From Anthoceros angustus (Eukaryota > Plantae > Anthocerotophyta), in contig VJWM01000016.1 in assembly GCA_010909165.1 (NCBI GenBank), forward strand, positions 682,001 to 746,000: a stretch of 64,000 nucleotides of DNA. The letters run 5' to 3'. The notes beneath the pieces were generated by a model that saw nothing but the letters and a program-made list of their open reading frames with translations, searched no databases and was not told the origin of the DNA. Positions 50,471 through 63,708 of this stretch are shown one piece after another. The position numbers were made by a program, and so were the translations under genes. Numbering within the stretch: the first letter of the stretch is position 1; each line of letters opens with the position of its first letter.

Positions 50471-50605
50471 CGGTACTTACAAGGGGTGCCTAGAGGAAGT
50501 GGATGCCCTTGGTGCAAGTAGCGGAGGCTTACTACGGTATCAGTTTGTGAAGTACTTACTCCCAGCACAGGAAAATTCCGTCCAAGTCGACTAAAATAGA
50601 CCTCT
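50471..50605 (+). mobile_element. Divergent copy D of the structured repeat family
   Basis: Retains ggtactta..ggggtgccta and an identical core tggatgcccttggtgcaagtagc. Confidence 0.7.
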
Positions 50606-52398
50606 TACCCTTCTTTTTCCCTCTTGATTCCCGCTGGGCTTCTTCGTCCTTGATTCCCGGTGGCCTGGTAGGGTTGCTTATTCCGTCGTTGCTAATAAAG
50701 CCCCCGGCTCCACCTGCAAATCAGAAATACAGGAGCACCTCAACACATGTGATGAGAGAGAGCAGCTCTTGAGAGCAAGGTCATGGCAGCCGCGGCAGCG
50801 GGACGCCGCAACGACGAAAATGGCCCTCCCCGACGGACTGGAGGTGACGGTGTCGGACACCCATAAAGCCACGCATAAGTACTTCTATCGCATACATTAT
50901 TGAAAGGGCTCTTCCAAAAAAGCAAGGGCAGGCCACGCCAGGGCCAGGCCAGCGATGGCCTCGCCCGCCTTGCCGGTAGGTTCTGGGCCCGCTTCATCCG
51001 CAACCACTGGCTGACGCGGCGCTCCACAAGCCTGGGCCACTTTCCCGCCGGATGCCGAGCTCTCCTGTAAGCCTGTAAACAGCACAGATCAGCGGCATCT
51101 TTGTCGGTTTGCCTGCTTGGAGCTTGAGCCTGGGTGCAGCGAACGGGGGCGCTTGTACAACCATCATTCCAGATATGGTCTCCAGCATTCCCTCCCTCCC
51201 AAACTTGCTAGGCTCCCACGTACATATCCCCCAGGACCACCTATGTACAAGTCCCTCTCGACACCTACTGCCCTGTGCCTGGGCCTGTGATACTGATAAG
51301 CACACTGCACGATACAAGGGCAGTTGCCTATCGCTATCCCCTCATGTGCCATCCAGCGCACATCTTCCACTTGCTCACCACAGCCTGGTTGCAGTCCAGA
51401 CGCAACTCCTGCTTCTCATCATCTTCCTGATGCTTCTGCATGGGCTGCCGGCTCACACCGACTGTGCCATACGTGTGAACGGATAGATGGGAAAACTGTA
51501 CTTACAGTATGTAGCTGCAGCAGCATAGCAAAGCTCGTGGGACCGAGTCCAATCTTTTTCAGCAGCTGCGACTGTTGTGGTCCTGATTTGGTTTAGGAGC
51601 AAGTTGAGGTTAAGGACACCGGCTCCTATTTCGAGGCCAGCCTGCAAAAAGGGAGGGGACAAAGTAGGACTCAGCCTCCGCTACACTCCACTGAGAAACA
51701 AACAACCCTGGTGGGCCTATCCAGGATCTACAGGGCGCGCTGTACACCCACATGAGTCCTAGCCTATTATCTTGTCTGGTTCTGTCCGCGTACCTCTTTT
51801 GTGGCTCTCCTCCCATTAGCATGGAAGGCAGCAACTCTAATTCGCTCTGACAATGCTGCTGGAGTCAGTTGGACTGCATAAAGGAAAGAGTCTGAGAGCA
51901 AAGGCACAAGGCCAAGGGACGGTAACATCTCGTAACCCGTGCGCACCACAATGGCCATTATGAACAATCACATTTCCTTTCAAGGAAAATTTACATGTCA
52001 ATGCGACAACCGGATCATGCAATCCCCGATGACCTAGAGCTGCTGCTGAGTCATACATACATCAGATGTATGCTCTGCCAGCTGCCAGATAAAGGAAGTT
52101 AATTACGCACCACAGAATACAAATGCCATGATGAACAGTCACATACATACTCCTTCCTTTGAGGGAAGTTTTGCAAACCAAAGGCAACAATCGGATCTTC
52201 GCACCGTCACAAGTACTGTCACCTTTCAAAGGCTGCCTGTCCTACATCTGCACTGCGTTCTGTCAGGAAGCAATAACCGGAGCACATGCTGGACGTAATA
52301 TGCTCTGGGACAGAGAGAGATAGCTTACAATGGTGAAGTCTCAGACTCATTCATGCACCAGATCTGGTGCGACAGCCAGTGACTGAGTTAGTGAGGGA

Positions 52399-52670
52399 GA
52401 GAACGAGCTCAATCACTTGCCGCTTAAGCGTTCCAAGACAGTACTACGACATGACACTGGCATAGCCCTCATACGCAACAGCAAAGGAAGAACATCAGCC
52501 GCACCTGGAGGGGCTATAGTGGTAACCCCGAGGGGAGAACGAGCTCAATCACTTGCCGCTTAAGCGTTCCAAGACAGTACTACGACATGACACTGGCATA
52601 GCCCTCATACGCAACAGCAAAGGAAGAACATCAGCCGCACCTGGAGGGGCTATAGTGGTAACCCCGAGGG
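52399..52670. repeat. Exact 136-bp tandem duplication downstream of SFT2
   Basis: gagaacgagctcaatc...ggtaaccccgagggg at 52399 and 52535. Confidence 0.95.
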
Positions 52671-52702
52671 GGGAGAGAAGAACCAACTTCTGCCCTAGCC
52701 CT

Positions 52703-53392
52703 TCACCTCCCAATCACCCTGGACATGACCATGCCGGACAGAAACCTCATGCCCGAGGATCCACCGGGGAAGTAGGATATCACGTAGTAGAGCAGGGCCA
52801 GCACCTGAGCCACCGCACAGATGACGGAAAGGGGGTAGCTATGCAGCACCATGGACACATACACTGTAGCAGCCATGCTGCCGAGCAAGGAACAGGTGGA
52901 CGCCAGCCGCTCCGTGGAGACCATGTGCTGGATCTGCGCCTGCGGCCCCTTGAGCACGAAGAAGGATCCCATGATGAAGGCACAGCCGAAGCAGAAGCAG
53001 AGGGCGAACTTCTGAGGCGCCAGGGCCAGCACCGGCAGAAACACCGTCAGGGCCAGCATCATGAAGAAGACGCCGGTGCCTACCAGAAGGCCGAAGTACA
53101 TGAGAGTCTTGGGAGAGGGCACGCTGCTGGCAGCAGTGGACACATTTCCGGGGAGCTCTCGCACGCCCTGCGACACCTTGTTGAACGCTCCCAGTAGGGT
53201 TTCGTTAGCGCTCTTGAGCAGCGGAGCGAACGATTCCTGCAAGCCACTCTCCAGATCCGTTCCTGTCCGTGCCGCCGGGGTGTCGTGAGACTGAGCTGCT
53301 GCATACGACTGCCAGTCCGCCAGCAAAGACGCTGGCTTGTCGGCCTGACCGCTCGGCCCTCCGGAGAACCACGCCTGCATGGTGCTGAGCAT
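52703..53392 (-). CDS. SFT2: Got1/Sft2-like vesicle transport protein (intronless)
   Basis: MQAWFSGG...SLLADWQSYA, FLPVLALAPQKFALCF, LKGPQAQIQHMVSTERL, YYVISYFPGGSSGMRFLS. Confidence 0.92.
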   Translation of the reverse strand: MLSTMQAWFSGGPSGQADKPASLLADWQSYAAAQSHDTPAARTGTDLESGLQESFAPLLKSANETLLGAFNKVSQGVRELPGNVSTAASSVPSPKTLMYFGLLVGTGVFFMMLALTVFLPVLALAPQKFALCFCFGCAFIMGSFFVLKGPQAQIQHMVSTERLASTCSLLGSMAATVYVSMVLHSYPLSVICAVAQVLALLYYVISYFPGGSSGMRFLSGMVMSRVIGR

Positions 53393-53852
53393 CACTTCCC
53401 GATCCGTTCCCTGCCGCTTGCGCACTCTTCACTTCAAGCCGCTCCGCGATCTGCACAAAGCACCAACTTGCTTCATATCGGAGCAAGGAAACTGCCTCGC
53501 GCAGCAGTCCAACTTCCGCGTGCTGAGCAACCCTTCACAATCACGCCCGCGCGATACATACGTATCTCCAGCTCAGAAATTTCCACGAGCCGCTAGAAGC
53601 AATGGTGGAGGTCACGAATGTTACGACGTTTACCCATTACCAACGCGGTGACGACCGCACCATTTTGAACCCCGGAATGCTCAGAGTTCGAGAAGCAATA
53701 GGTACTATAGAAGTGTTCACAACAAGAAAGTGATATTTTACAAAAGATAGATGAGTTGCCGAGGTGACAAGTCCCACAAGAGTGAACGTGAACGTCAAGA
53801 CATTTCTTTTTCTACTTCTTCTCGATGTCTTCAACGGGCAGCTGACTGAGGA

Positions 53853-55472
53853 TCAGAGATTCCGGCAGAGCAGTACAGGTTGGCCAGCTTTGATTTCCGA
53901 CAGGGGTGCTTGGACAGTCTGACCAGCAAAGCTTAGAATCAGCAACAGAGTTGTGAAGACACAACAGGAGGTGATACATTAGGCTCACCTCATGAGCAGA
54001 GGCGTGATATACTTACATGAAAGCCATGCTTCGAGTACAAATTCTGGGCAGCCACATTTGTTGGCAGAACGTGGACGTAGATCTCACTCAAACCTGTCAG
54101 CGGACGCCAGCAAGGCATTGAGCATGGCACAGGAAGACTACTGGAAAGCTGTGGGAAGTGGTGACACTCACCCCACTCCTTGGCCACTTGGGCTGCAGCT
54201 TGCAGGAGCTTGGATGCTACTCCATTGCGCCGGGCAGTTTTTGAGACACACACATTAGAGATATATGCGTATCTGTGGAGCCCCAGCATTTCAGAAACTT
54301 GCAAAGCAGGCCCCTTGAGTCCCTGGGTTCATATGCCAGTCAGGTGTTTTGATGTTGAAATGGAACACGGTGTGAACGAGGGTGCTTCTGCCCATCCGCG
54401 TACCGTAAAACTCACCTCACCTGGCACAACTTGACGGCAGCTTATGTCGAGAGTGCCAATGACGGTGTCCACTATGGGGTCCACATGCCTCTGCAGGTCA
54501 CTGACGTCGTTGCCCCTGTCCAAAACCTGCGGTTGGAGGCCCCTTTGTGGTCAGCAAACTGGTGCTTCTTCAGAAGGATCGGTGGCTGTCACCACCTTCC
54601 TTCACACCAAGATCCCTAAACGGGACTCAGCGGGGACTAGCCAGGACTTGCCTAACTTACAGCAATGAAGCAGATGCATTTGATGGACTGACCGACTCTT
54701 CCTGATAGGCGCCTCTTCAGGGCTCCAAACTCCTGCCCAAGCAGTCCATGCAAGGAATCAAGATCGGGTGCTCTGCCACAACCACAAGCTGCAGTGTCGC
54801 CAGTAAGCAACTAAGTTAACCTCACCTGCTCAGCAAATTTCCTCCTCTGACTTTCCATATACCTGTCAGGATGACAAGATTGTACGTTTAGCTGTGCTGA
54901 CAAAGGCCACCTTGCTAGGAGCAACAGCAAAAAGTGTAGCAATGGAAGCAAGTAAACCAAAGGACACGTGCACACCGTCCATATGGATTATCTTCAAGGT
55001 AACCCTCTGCTCGCAGCCACGCTGCCGCCTACAAGCACATGGTACATGGTGTTAAAGAGGTGAGCTAATTATTTTTATAATAGGGAGCCCGATGCAAGAG
55101 GCACAAGACACACCCATAATTCCTCATCCAGCCTTGCTTCTCGTGTGGAATAAGCCTCCAGAAGCCTGGTGGGCCGCTGTACACAACTGGTTGCCATGTC
55201 CTCGAAGTTTTGGAGTCTTTCGGAAGGACAGGCAGGTTGGACTGATTTTGTTTCTCTGCAGGGTGCACGACCATGCTCTCCCCTTATGTTAAACCCATGT
55301 TTCATCCACACAGGAGCGTTACAACCAATGGCAGCCATGTTAAGCAGCCTGCAGCCATCACACAATCCACCAACCCCCGTGGTAAGGCCAGCCGCTCTTC
55401 GAACCAATCCCAACTGAGCTCAACAGACTAAGACAACAGAAACCTCACCAGCAAAGGCTCAGCTTGAAGCAT
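53853..55472 (-). CDS. GNAT-family N-acetyltransferase (At2g06025/GNAT6-like), multi-exon; start uncertain
   Basis: REARLDEELW-AAAWLRAE, RRKFAEQ-EFGALKRR, VIGTLDIS, YAYISNVCVSKTARRNGVASKLL, IYVHV..NVAAQNLYSKHGF. Confidence 0.88.
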
Positions 55473-56150
55473 CTAATGACGGCTACAATGTGCTGCCGCC
55501 ACAATTAGACAGAACATACACTTGGGGAAGCAGCAAAACTCCAGAGCTAAGCTCCAGTGCCACGGAAAAGGCGAATGTCCTACCTCCAACACTTCCGGAA
55601 TCACACGGATGACGCAACAATCGAGGACAGCTGCTCCCGAAGAACGCGAGAACCAACGCAGCCTCCACCGATCAAAACAGGCTCAATCTAGCGGTGGAGA
55701 GGCAGCAAAGCGTCGGAACAGCACGATGCGTGAGAGCGGAAGCGCGCATTGCGCAAGAGGTGAAGATAGAAGAGGAAGCTGCATCCCGACTCCCAGTCCT
55801 CCCGACGTTGATCATCACCTGAGAAGGAGACGGTGCCACACAGAGGTAGCAGAGACCGTCTCGATTCCGCCACCTTCCGGGACGCAAGCCGGTTTGGTGC
55901 CCACAGTCCCACAGTCCCACAGGAGTGGATTCGTGTGCACCACGGAATTTGTGTTCAACGCCCAGCCGCCCTGTGCAGCGCACATTCTCGAACCGGGAAA
56001 CTGCTAAAAACCGAAAGGAAACCGTCCATCCTTGCCACTTGAGCATCAATTTACTGAAACAGTTTTCATAAAACAGTCTATCTAGATAGACCCTACAGAT
56101 ACCATACTATGGCGGCGGGGACCACTTGAGCGTCTTCCACTTGTCTGCCC

Positions 56151-59100
56151 CTACTTCCGAATGGAGCCCCAGTTTCTTCGCGCCGGCACCTGCCAAACAT
56201 TGTACCCTTCGTTATCAGAGTAGTCTTCGTGTGGAAGATGCCGCTAGCGCTGAGGTGGATCGGATGAGACTTGATACCTTAGACACGGCGGGCGCGGCGT
56301 CCTCGTCTACATCGTCGTCGATGTAGCTGCTCCGCGCTGCGGCTGTCATTCTTCCTCTCTTGGCTGGAGTTGAAGCTGATGATCCCCGGCCTCTGCCTCT
56401 AGCCGGCGCCGCTCTCTTCTTCCCCCTCGCAGCCTTAGGGCTTTCCGCTATCTCCTGAAGATGTCACACCAGCACAGTGTCAGCAGTGAACAGGATATGG
56501 ATCATCCTGACTCACCAAATGCACGTACTTCCTCGCTGTCCTCCACTTGCACGACATCCTTCAGGGCCTCGTCGTCGTCGCTGGCAGCTGCGTCCCCATG
56601 CTCCTCGTCGCTCAGGTCCTGCATTGCTGATCTAGCTGCGGCAGAGGCAGCCCTGGTCCGGAACAGAGACGGTACAGAGTGCATCAGCAGCTTGCTTCCG
56701 TGCTCACAATGTAATCTCGTGACCAGTTAACTACCTTTGGGAAGAGCGAGTTCGGGGAGCGAAGTCCAGAGTTGTCTGCTTTGAGGCTCGTCCTCCTCGT
56801 CCCCTGCCTCGGGGAGTCGCAGCAGCTCCCCTTGCTGACGGCCTTCTGCCCCTGCCTGATGGCGCCGGGGTTGGATCTGCTCCGAAGTCGTCATCGTCGT
56901 CTTCTGCAGTTAGTTGTGAGCTTCTTGCAGATCTGCCTCGGCTTGATCCTGTCTGCTTGCCAGACAATCAGGTCAGGCAAGTAACAAGAGCTGACACAAA
57001 TTGAAGGCTGTTTCCCGCTGAACTGCTACCTGTCGGCCAGCTGATGCTTCAGTGCGCCCTGAAGAAGATGGTCCGGTGCCTGAAGTTTTCCTAGCTTCTC
57101 GATCGGCTTCCCGACGCTGAACCCTCACATATACAGAGGAGCTTCCGTTTGAGACCACACCAATATTTCGTTTCAAAATAATTGAAAACGCAAATGCATA
57201 ACTTACCGCCATATGCTCACTGATTTTGGCAACAAGATTTGGTTCCTCAAGAAGATCCTGCGATTCCTCTTCAACAAGCTTGGTCTGCACAACCGACAGG
57301 ACAGTGCCAGCTGTTGGATGTTTCCTGACCAGTGCACTAAAAGCAATAAGAGTACCAAATTTCACACTACAAAGCGAACACTTGCGCACCCGAGTGTCTT
57401 CAAGAGTTTGCTGGACACAAGAAACGAATGCCTGCTTGTCATCTTTGTTGACAAAATCATGCAGTGCCATAGCAAGATCATTCACTGGAAGAATCTCCAT
57501 CTTCTGCAACAGTTTAACCAGGCTACAAGCCACCAACATGAGAAAAAAGGCGGAAGCAATGCTCAGAGAGAGAGAGAAAAACAGTGCGATTCGTTAGTCT
57601 CGGCATAAAATGTGAACGTCATGTTCAACAAATTACTTACCAAATTGCTCTCAGCCAACAAAGCTTCAATATTTTGCTGGTTCAATTCCTCTGGAGGCAG
57701 CATCTCCGTATCTTGCTTTTCTGTGGCACCCAATCATATACGGCAGACTGTTACCTTGGACAGCTACGAAGGCTGGTTTCTGAAACACTATCTGCCCTGA
57801 AGCCTACATCTTCAGCTGAGGTCATTGTCTAGACATCGAGGCTGATACCTTTAAGTTAACCAAAAAAGCACCAGACCAGATCACGGAATAAAAGGAAAAG
57901 GCCCTACCTTCGGCAGTTTGGCGTTTCTTTGCTTGTTTTGTAAACAACAGAATATCATGCGGATTCGCAACCTGTTTCCATAATGCAAATATCCGGCATC
58001 AGCCCATCTTTTGATTACTGCAAGAACACAGCATGTAAGAAGGAACATACCTTACCCACAAACTTTTGGCCAAATCTTTGGGGATTTATTGTTGAAAATC
58101 CTGTATAGTCTACCTGCAAGGAGAGAGAGGGGCACAGCTTTAAGACCATTACGGGCATTTAATTTTCTCAACCAGACTCGATGAATAAAGCAGGAGAACA
58201 AAAAGCAATCCTGCCTTGATTCGTACGAGTGGCATCGTTAGCTCTGTCTTCACAACCTTCGCACTGGCCCGAGCTATTGATTCTTGAACCTGGTATACCA
58301 CAAGAAGTCTTACATTTGATACGAACAAATTCCCTAAACTACCACAAGAGAACGATGGGGGCTTCACTGTATAGCAGCTCACCACTTTCCCGAGAAATTC
58401 AGCAACTTGGACAGGATCATTTGGATCAAGATCTGGATCATCCTTCAATGACACCTGCTCCAAAGCCGATCGCCTGGACACTCAGCAAGCAGATACCAAA
58501 GAGAAAAGACAGCTGTTACTCTTGCAGAAGTAGCCCAATAGCAGTTCGCCTTACCTCTGTAAACTCAAAAGGTCTAACTGATTGCAATGGAATCTTAGTG
58601 GGTCGATATTGATTCCCCTGCACAGAAAGGGAACTGTGAAAATCCGTTTCTGCATCTTCTATGGACTGATAGTCGTACTTAACATGGCTGGTGCAGACAC
58701 TCTCATCAGCCAGGACACACCTTTATTTCTACAAGCAGAACATGCTTTGGTTTGGCTTCACCATCCGTTAATGCTGTTGCAACAGATGAGCCGGGCTGCG
58801 TGATGTGGAAACCCATACCAGCAACTTCCTGCAAGAAGCTCTGTTACACTTATGTCTACATCAATCCTGTAACCAAGGAGTTCGGAAAATGCAAGAAGCA
58901 TTACCTGCGGTTCTACAAGGCACTCATGCTCATGACCCCAAATCACGAAGTCCAAGAATCCCGCAAGGAAACTCTCATTGATGGCATTTTTTGGGTTACT
59001 TTTTACCCTGCAAGCCACAGATGAGCACCCTAACCAAGACGTCACAGTTCATGTAGGACAGCCACACATAAAAGGGAACGACTGTAAGTGTTCCAGAATA

Positions 59101-60296
59101 CCTGTTTTGATGCAGAACAAAAATATTGAACCAGTCCGAGTCCTCTTGCTTTTCTGGACGAATCCACTCAACTGCATGAGGTGTCTGGGCAACAAAGGAG
59201 TACTTAGCAATGAGCTGAAAAACGGTTCACAATGTTCCTGGAAACAATGATGTGGAGTACACACCTGAAACATGCGGTTCAGTCGCTCATCTCGAATATT
59301 TCCAAGCCCATAGAGTGCAACATTTGTAGCTCCCTGACAGCAACGACCCAGAAGCAGCCACATGAGTTGTCCAAAGCATCAAAGACACAGAACCCATCTC
59401 ACAAGTCCTTCATATGAGGTAAGCGAGCAACCTTGCGTATGAGGATAGGATGAAGAGTGATTTGACCGACGCCAGACCCACTAAGTCCGACTTTTCCAAA
59501 GTAGTTAAGAAGATTCGATGCAGATAGAATGTCGAGAGACGAAAGGTTGTCCTGCAGTAAGGACCCGGATGCACAGTCAGAATTGCAGGACGAAGTTTGT
59601 TTAGGCCCTGCTGATCTCCGGGCAAACGTACCACTCCTGCAGGATCATCATGATTTCCGTGAATGATAAATACAGGGAGGCCGACTTTAAAGTTGGGGTC
59701 CTCATAGTTCACGTGGCCAAACCTGCAGAACAAAACCCACATCAGCTGAAGGCATTCTACAGCTTGCAACCTCAGTGACGATGTCATTTGCCACGTCCGT
59801 TCTCGAGCGAGAAAGTCATTACTTGTTAGGAAAGTTCACACTTTGATCACTGACAATCTCAAATTGCACTGGCCGGTCACTAAGGCAGTATCGCCGCAGA
59901 ATTTCAATTGTCCTGACCAAAGTCGAACGCGAAGGCTTGTTCTCATGAAACAAATCCCCACCAAAGAGCACGAAATCCACCTGTTCACAGATTGGCAGCC
60001 AACAGCGGTTTAGTACCGCTCCTGAAAAACTTGGAAGTGCCAGCTGCAGCCATCGTCTATCACCCCTGATTACCTGTTGCTCAACAGCTATCGCACAAAT
60101 CTCATCAAACGCATTGAATGAATCGCTCCCCCGGATCTCGTCTTTCTCCATAAATCCAAGGTGCGTATCCGTGGCAATCAGCACGCGCAAAGTGTCGGGG
60201 TCGGCATCTTCTCTGCAAACCCAAACCACCCACAATCACGTCTAGGCTCCTTCACCCGCTCCTAGAAGGGGCAAACAGGTGCACTTACATCGTCAT
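56151..60296 (-). CDS. MRE11: Double-strand break repair nuclease MRE11 (multi-exon)
   Basis: [78 protein letters not shown]-rich C-terminus ending RRNWGSIRK*. Confidence 0.98.
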
Positions 60297-60382
60297 GCTG
60301 CCAGACCGTAGAATTCCACCGATCCTCTCCACCAACTGGAGCGTCCTCAGAAATCGAAAGACGGTGTGGCGGGACGGAGCTT

Positions 60383-60396
60383 AAACCCTAAACCCT
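60383..60396 (+). promoter_or_regulatory. Telo-box (aaaccctaaaccct) in the MRE11/PPR divergent promoter
   Basis: AAACCCTA motif ~90 bp upstream of the MRE11 ATG. Confidence 0.55.
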
Positions 60397-60817
60397 CTAA
60401 GCAAGCTTCATGATTTCCGGACTTGGAGAACCGGTGGTTGATCCTCGAGAATCGGGATACCCACCTGCCAGTTCATCTCATCTGTTGGATGAAATGGGTC
60501 CCTGCGAGATCCTACATAACTGCCTCGCTGCGAGATGGCCGTTTGCCGGGGCGTGGGGTCCGTGGCCTCTATGCCAGACCAACCTGAGGCTCAGCTCGCG
60601 CACGGTACGGAGGAGCCCATCTGCAGCTGCGCGATGCCTCGGGCCGCAGCCTGGGATAATGCTTAGCGGTGAGCAGCCTCCTGGGGTGCTCAGGTTCGCA
60701 ATGCCTGCGCCTGCAGTGTGCTGGAGAGCTTGGGTCCGCCATTGCCTTTGCTGCTCCCGCTGCCATGCGTCGAAATGCTGGTAGGCAGACGGGGGAGGAG
60801 GCGCTGATTGTGGAGCC

Positions 60818-63004
60818 ATGGAGCAGGTTCCCTGCACCTGTCCCCATTCCTGCTCCGCTCGCATGCCGGGAGCCGTTCTGTCGACTGTGCAGCTCCCGGT
60901 GGCTCCATGGCGGACGCGCTTTCGCAGGCTGCATGGGACGCGAGGGAAGGAAGGGAATTTGGACAGTGGGAAGGGAGTGAAGGTGTCCTGCTTTCCCAGG
61001 TCGGTTCTGCTCGGTCAGGCCACATGCTTCACGCGTCTGGCTTCTGGGAGCTTCAACGACTGTCATGGTCATGGAAGAGCGTTGCCTGTGCACTCCGGGA
61101 TTACGGAGAAGTTGGGTTTGGTTCAGCTGCCCGCGCGGAAATGGAATTACAGCTTGTCCAGAGGCTCGTCCTTGAGCAATGCGGTGTCGAGCGGGTCTCG
61201 GATGGGGCAGATGCTGCTTTCTCCGGGAGAGGTTGCTCAGCCGGACCATCTGGTGAACATCGAGGACATTCTGGGTGCTCTGAAGGAGACAGGTAATGCG
61301 CGGGAATTGGAGGATGTTATGGTGGAGTGGAAGGGGAGAATCTCGTACAGACTTATGATGTCTTTGCTGAGCAAGGAGAGTGATTGGCAGCGGTCGCTTG
61401 CTCTGCATGACTGGATGATGGAGAAGGGGGACGTTCGTCCGTCCATTTATGCTTACAACATTGTGTTGAGGAACGTGCTCAGGGCCGGGCAGTGGGCACT
61501 GGGGGAGGGCCTGGTGGCTGAGATGACCAGAAGAGGTGTCACGCCGGACAAGTTTACCTATGCAACTATCATCAGCGCTTTTGGGAAGGCTGGCAAGTTT
61601 GAGTCTGCTATGGGTTGGTTCCACGTGATGCAGGAAAAGGGTGTTCCACCAGACCTGGTGATATTTAGTACTCTCATCGATCTGGCGGGGAGATTGAAAG
61701 ATTACATCAGGGCTGTTTCGCTTTTCTCCAAGTTGAAGGCCTCTGGGATCAAACCCGATAGGGTAGTGTTCAACACGATGATTAACATGTTTGGCAAGGC
61801 AAACTTGTTCAGAGAGGCTGAGGGGTTGCTGGCGGAAATGAGGGCTGTGGGTCTCTCCCCGGACACGGTGAGCTACAGCACTCTGATTGATGCGTACGCA
61901 GAGTCTGACAAGCTGTTTGAGGCTCAGGAGGTTTTCCGAGAAATGAAGGCCAAAGGGTGTTCCCTGGACCTGAAAACCTGCAATTTGATGATTGATATCT
62001 TTGGGAGATTGGGACTGCTACGAGAGGCCGAGGATCTGTTTTGGGGTTTGACGGATAAGGGCTTGTTTCCCAATGTTGTCACCTTCAACATAATGATCAA
62101 GGTGTACACGGAGTTCCAAGCCTTCTCAGATGCCATCTACCTGTTCCGGTTGATGCAAAAGAAGGATGTTCGTCCTACGGTCATTACGTACAACACAATG
62201 ATCAGGCTATATGGTATAACACATGAGCATGAGAAGGCTTCGAAATTGATAATCGAAATGGAGGAGCGTGGAATTGCTCCAGATGCTGTGACTTATTCGA
62301 CATTGATATCCATATATGGGAAAGCAGGAAAGTTTCAGAAAGCAGCAAACCTATTCCAAGCGCTACGAGCAAAGGGCTTTCCGATGGACGAGATTCTGTA
62401 TCAGTCCATGGTGGTTGTGTATGAAAAAGCTGGTCTGATGGCGCATGCCAAGCGGCTGTTACACGAGCTCAAGCTGCCTAGCAGCGCATCACGAGACACA
62501 GCAATTAATGTCCTTGCCAAGGCTGGTAAGACAGAGGAAGCGGCACGACTGTTCTGGAGAGCTGATGCAGCTGGAGAGGTCAAAGATGCATCAGTATATA
62601 AAGCTATGATTGCTCTGTTTGTTAGGGCCAAAAGGGGCACACATGCCATCAAAGTCTACGACAGGATGAAGGAGAAAAGGCTTCTTCCAGACTCTGAGAC
62701 ATGTCTCCTTCTCTTGACAGCCTATGGTCAACTTCGGCTTTTGGCTGAAGCTGAGAAGTTCTACCTGGACTTACAGAACGAGGGAGTAATCTTCTACGAT
62801 GAAGTGCATTGGAAGATGATGCGAATGTATGGAAGTGCCGGTGAGATCGAGGCTGCTGAGAGAACCTTCGAGAAGCTGAAAATTCAGGGGGGTGTCTCCG
62901 AGAAGGACCTGTATTTAGCGATGGTCAGTGTGTACGAGAAAGCCAGCAGACTCAATGATGCATCCAGGGTCTTTCAAGAGATGAAGTGCCGCATTGGCAG
63001 CTAG
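60818..63004 (+). CDS. P-class pentatricopeptide repeat protein, At5g39980/PDM3-like, probably chloroplast-targeted
   Basis: SLLSKESDWQRSLALHDWM, AYNIVLRNVLRA and a long run of 35-aa PPR motifs; intronless. Confidence 0.92.
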   Translation: MEQVPCTCPHSCSARMPGAVLSTVQLPVAPWRTRFRRLHGTRGKEGNLDSGKGVKVSCFPRSVLLGQATCFTRLASGSFNDCHGHGRALPVHSGITEKLGLVQLPARKWNYSLSRGSSLSNAVSSGSRMGQMLLSPGEVAQPDHLVNIEDILGALKETGNARELEDVMVEWKGRISYRLMMSLLSKESDWQRSLALHDWMMEKGDVRPSIYAYNIVLRNVLRAGQWALGEGLVAEMTRRGVTPDKFTYATIISAFGKAGKFESAMGWFHVMQEKGVPPDLVIFSTLIDLAGRLKDYIRAVSLFSKLKASGIKPDRVVFNTMINMFGKANLFREAEGLLAEMRAVGLSPDTVSYSTLIDAYAESDKLFEAQEVFREMKAKGCSLDLKTCNLMIDIFGRLGLLREAEDLFWGLTDKGLFPNVVTFNIMIKVYTEFQAFSDAIYLFRLMQKKDVRPTVITYNTMIRLYGITHEHEKASKLIIEMEERGIAPDAVTYSTLISIYGKAGKFQKAANLFQALRAKGFPMDEILYQSMVVVYEKAGLMAHAKRLLHELKLPSSASRDTAINVLAKAGKTEEAARLFWRADAAGEVKDASVYKAMIALFVRAKRGTHAIKVYDRMKEKRLLPDSETCLLLLTAYGQLRLLAEAEKFYLDLQNEGVIFYDEVHWKMMRMYGSAGEIEAAERTFEKLKIQGGVSEKDLYLAMVSVYEKASRLNDASRVFQEMKCRIGS

Positions 63005-63708
63005 CTTGTGCAAGTCTTCCAAAATGGTATTTTCCATCTGTAGCATGACAACCTGAAGTATGATGAGACAACTGGGCTTTCTGCCGGCAGCATGGATCAA
63101 AAGACGGAGCATGTACATAATTGTGATCTTGGTCAAGTGGACAGCACATCAGAGAGCCTCAAAACTTTTGCGTGGACTCCGCCATTACTTCTGAGGCCGA
63201 AGAGTAGGTTCACAGCACTTACAATGAAATTTCCCCGAGGTTTGAACCTCCCTCATTTTCTCGTTAGATTTTTGTTTGCGCACCCAGCTCCTTGTACAGC
63301 TTTGCTATTCCAGTGTAGTAATGGTGCACGTTTCTGAAACAATGATGTGGTTATGGTACAGGTGCTCTGGCCTCTGACTACAAGGGAAGGTTGCAGTTCG
63401 ACTACAACTGAAGAGGTCCTTCCTGCCTGCGGCTTATTGGAGGAAGTTTGGTTTACATGCAACCATATGCAGGCTACTGTTTAACACTCTGTTCTCCACA
63501 TGGTTGGTGGTGGAGCCCAAAATTCTTCACTTCAAATACCATAAAATGACGTGCCACTTTGTCTATAATGTGGGGAACTAAACTGGACGTTGAGGATGGA
63601 CAAGGGTGTGGCTTAAGTACTGGAAGGGCGTGTAAAAACACTTACTACAAGCACGGCCATCAGCCCCTCCAGCCCCTCTACCGAAATTGCAGTTTAACAG
63701 ACTGCTGC

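Noticed and set aside
50678-52060. Possible gene between AVT1 and SFT2
   Set aside because: Only short inconsistent ORFs; no motif or splice chain could be supported.
60569-61624. 351-aa antisense ORF
   Set aside because: Shadow of the PPR gene with no independent motifs.
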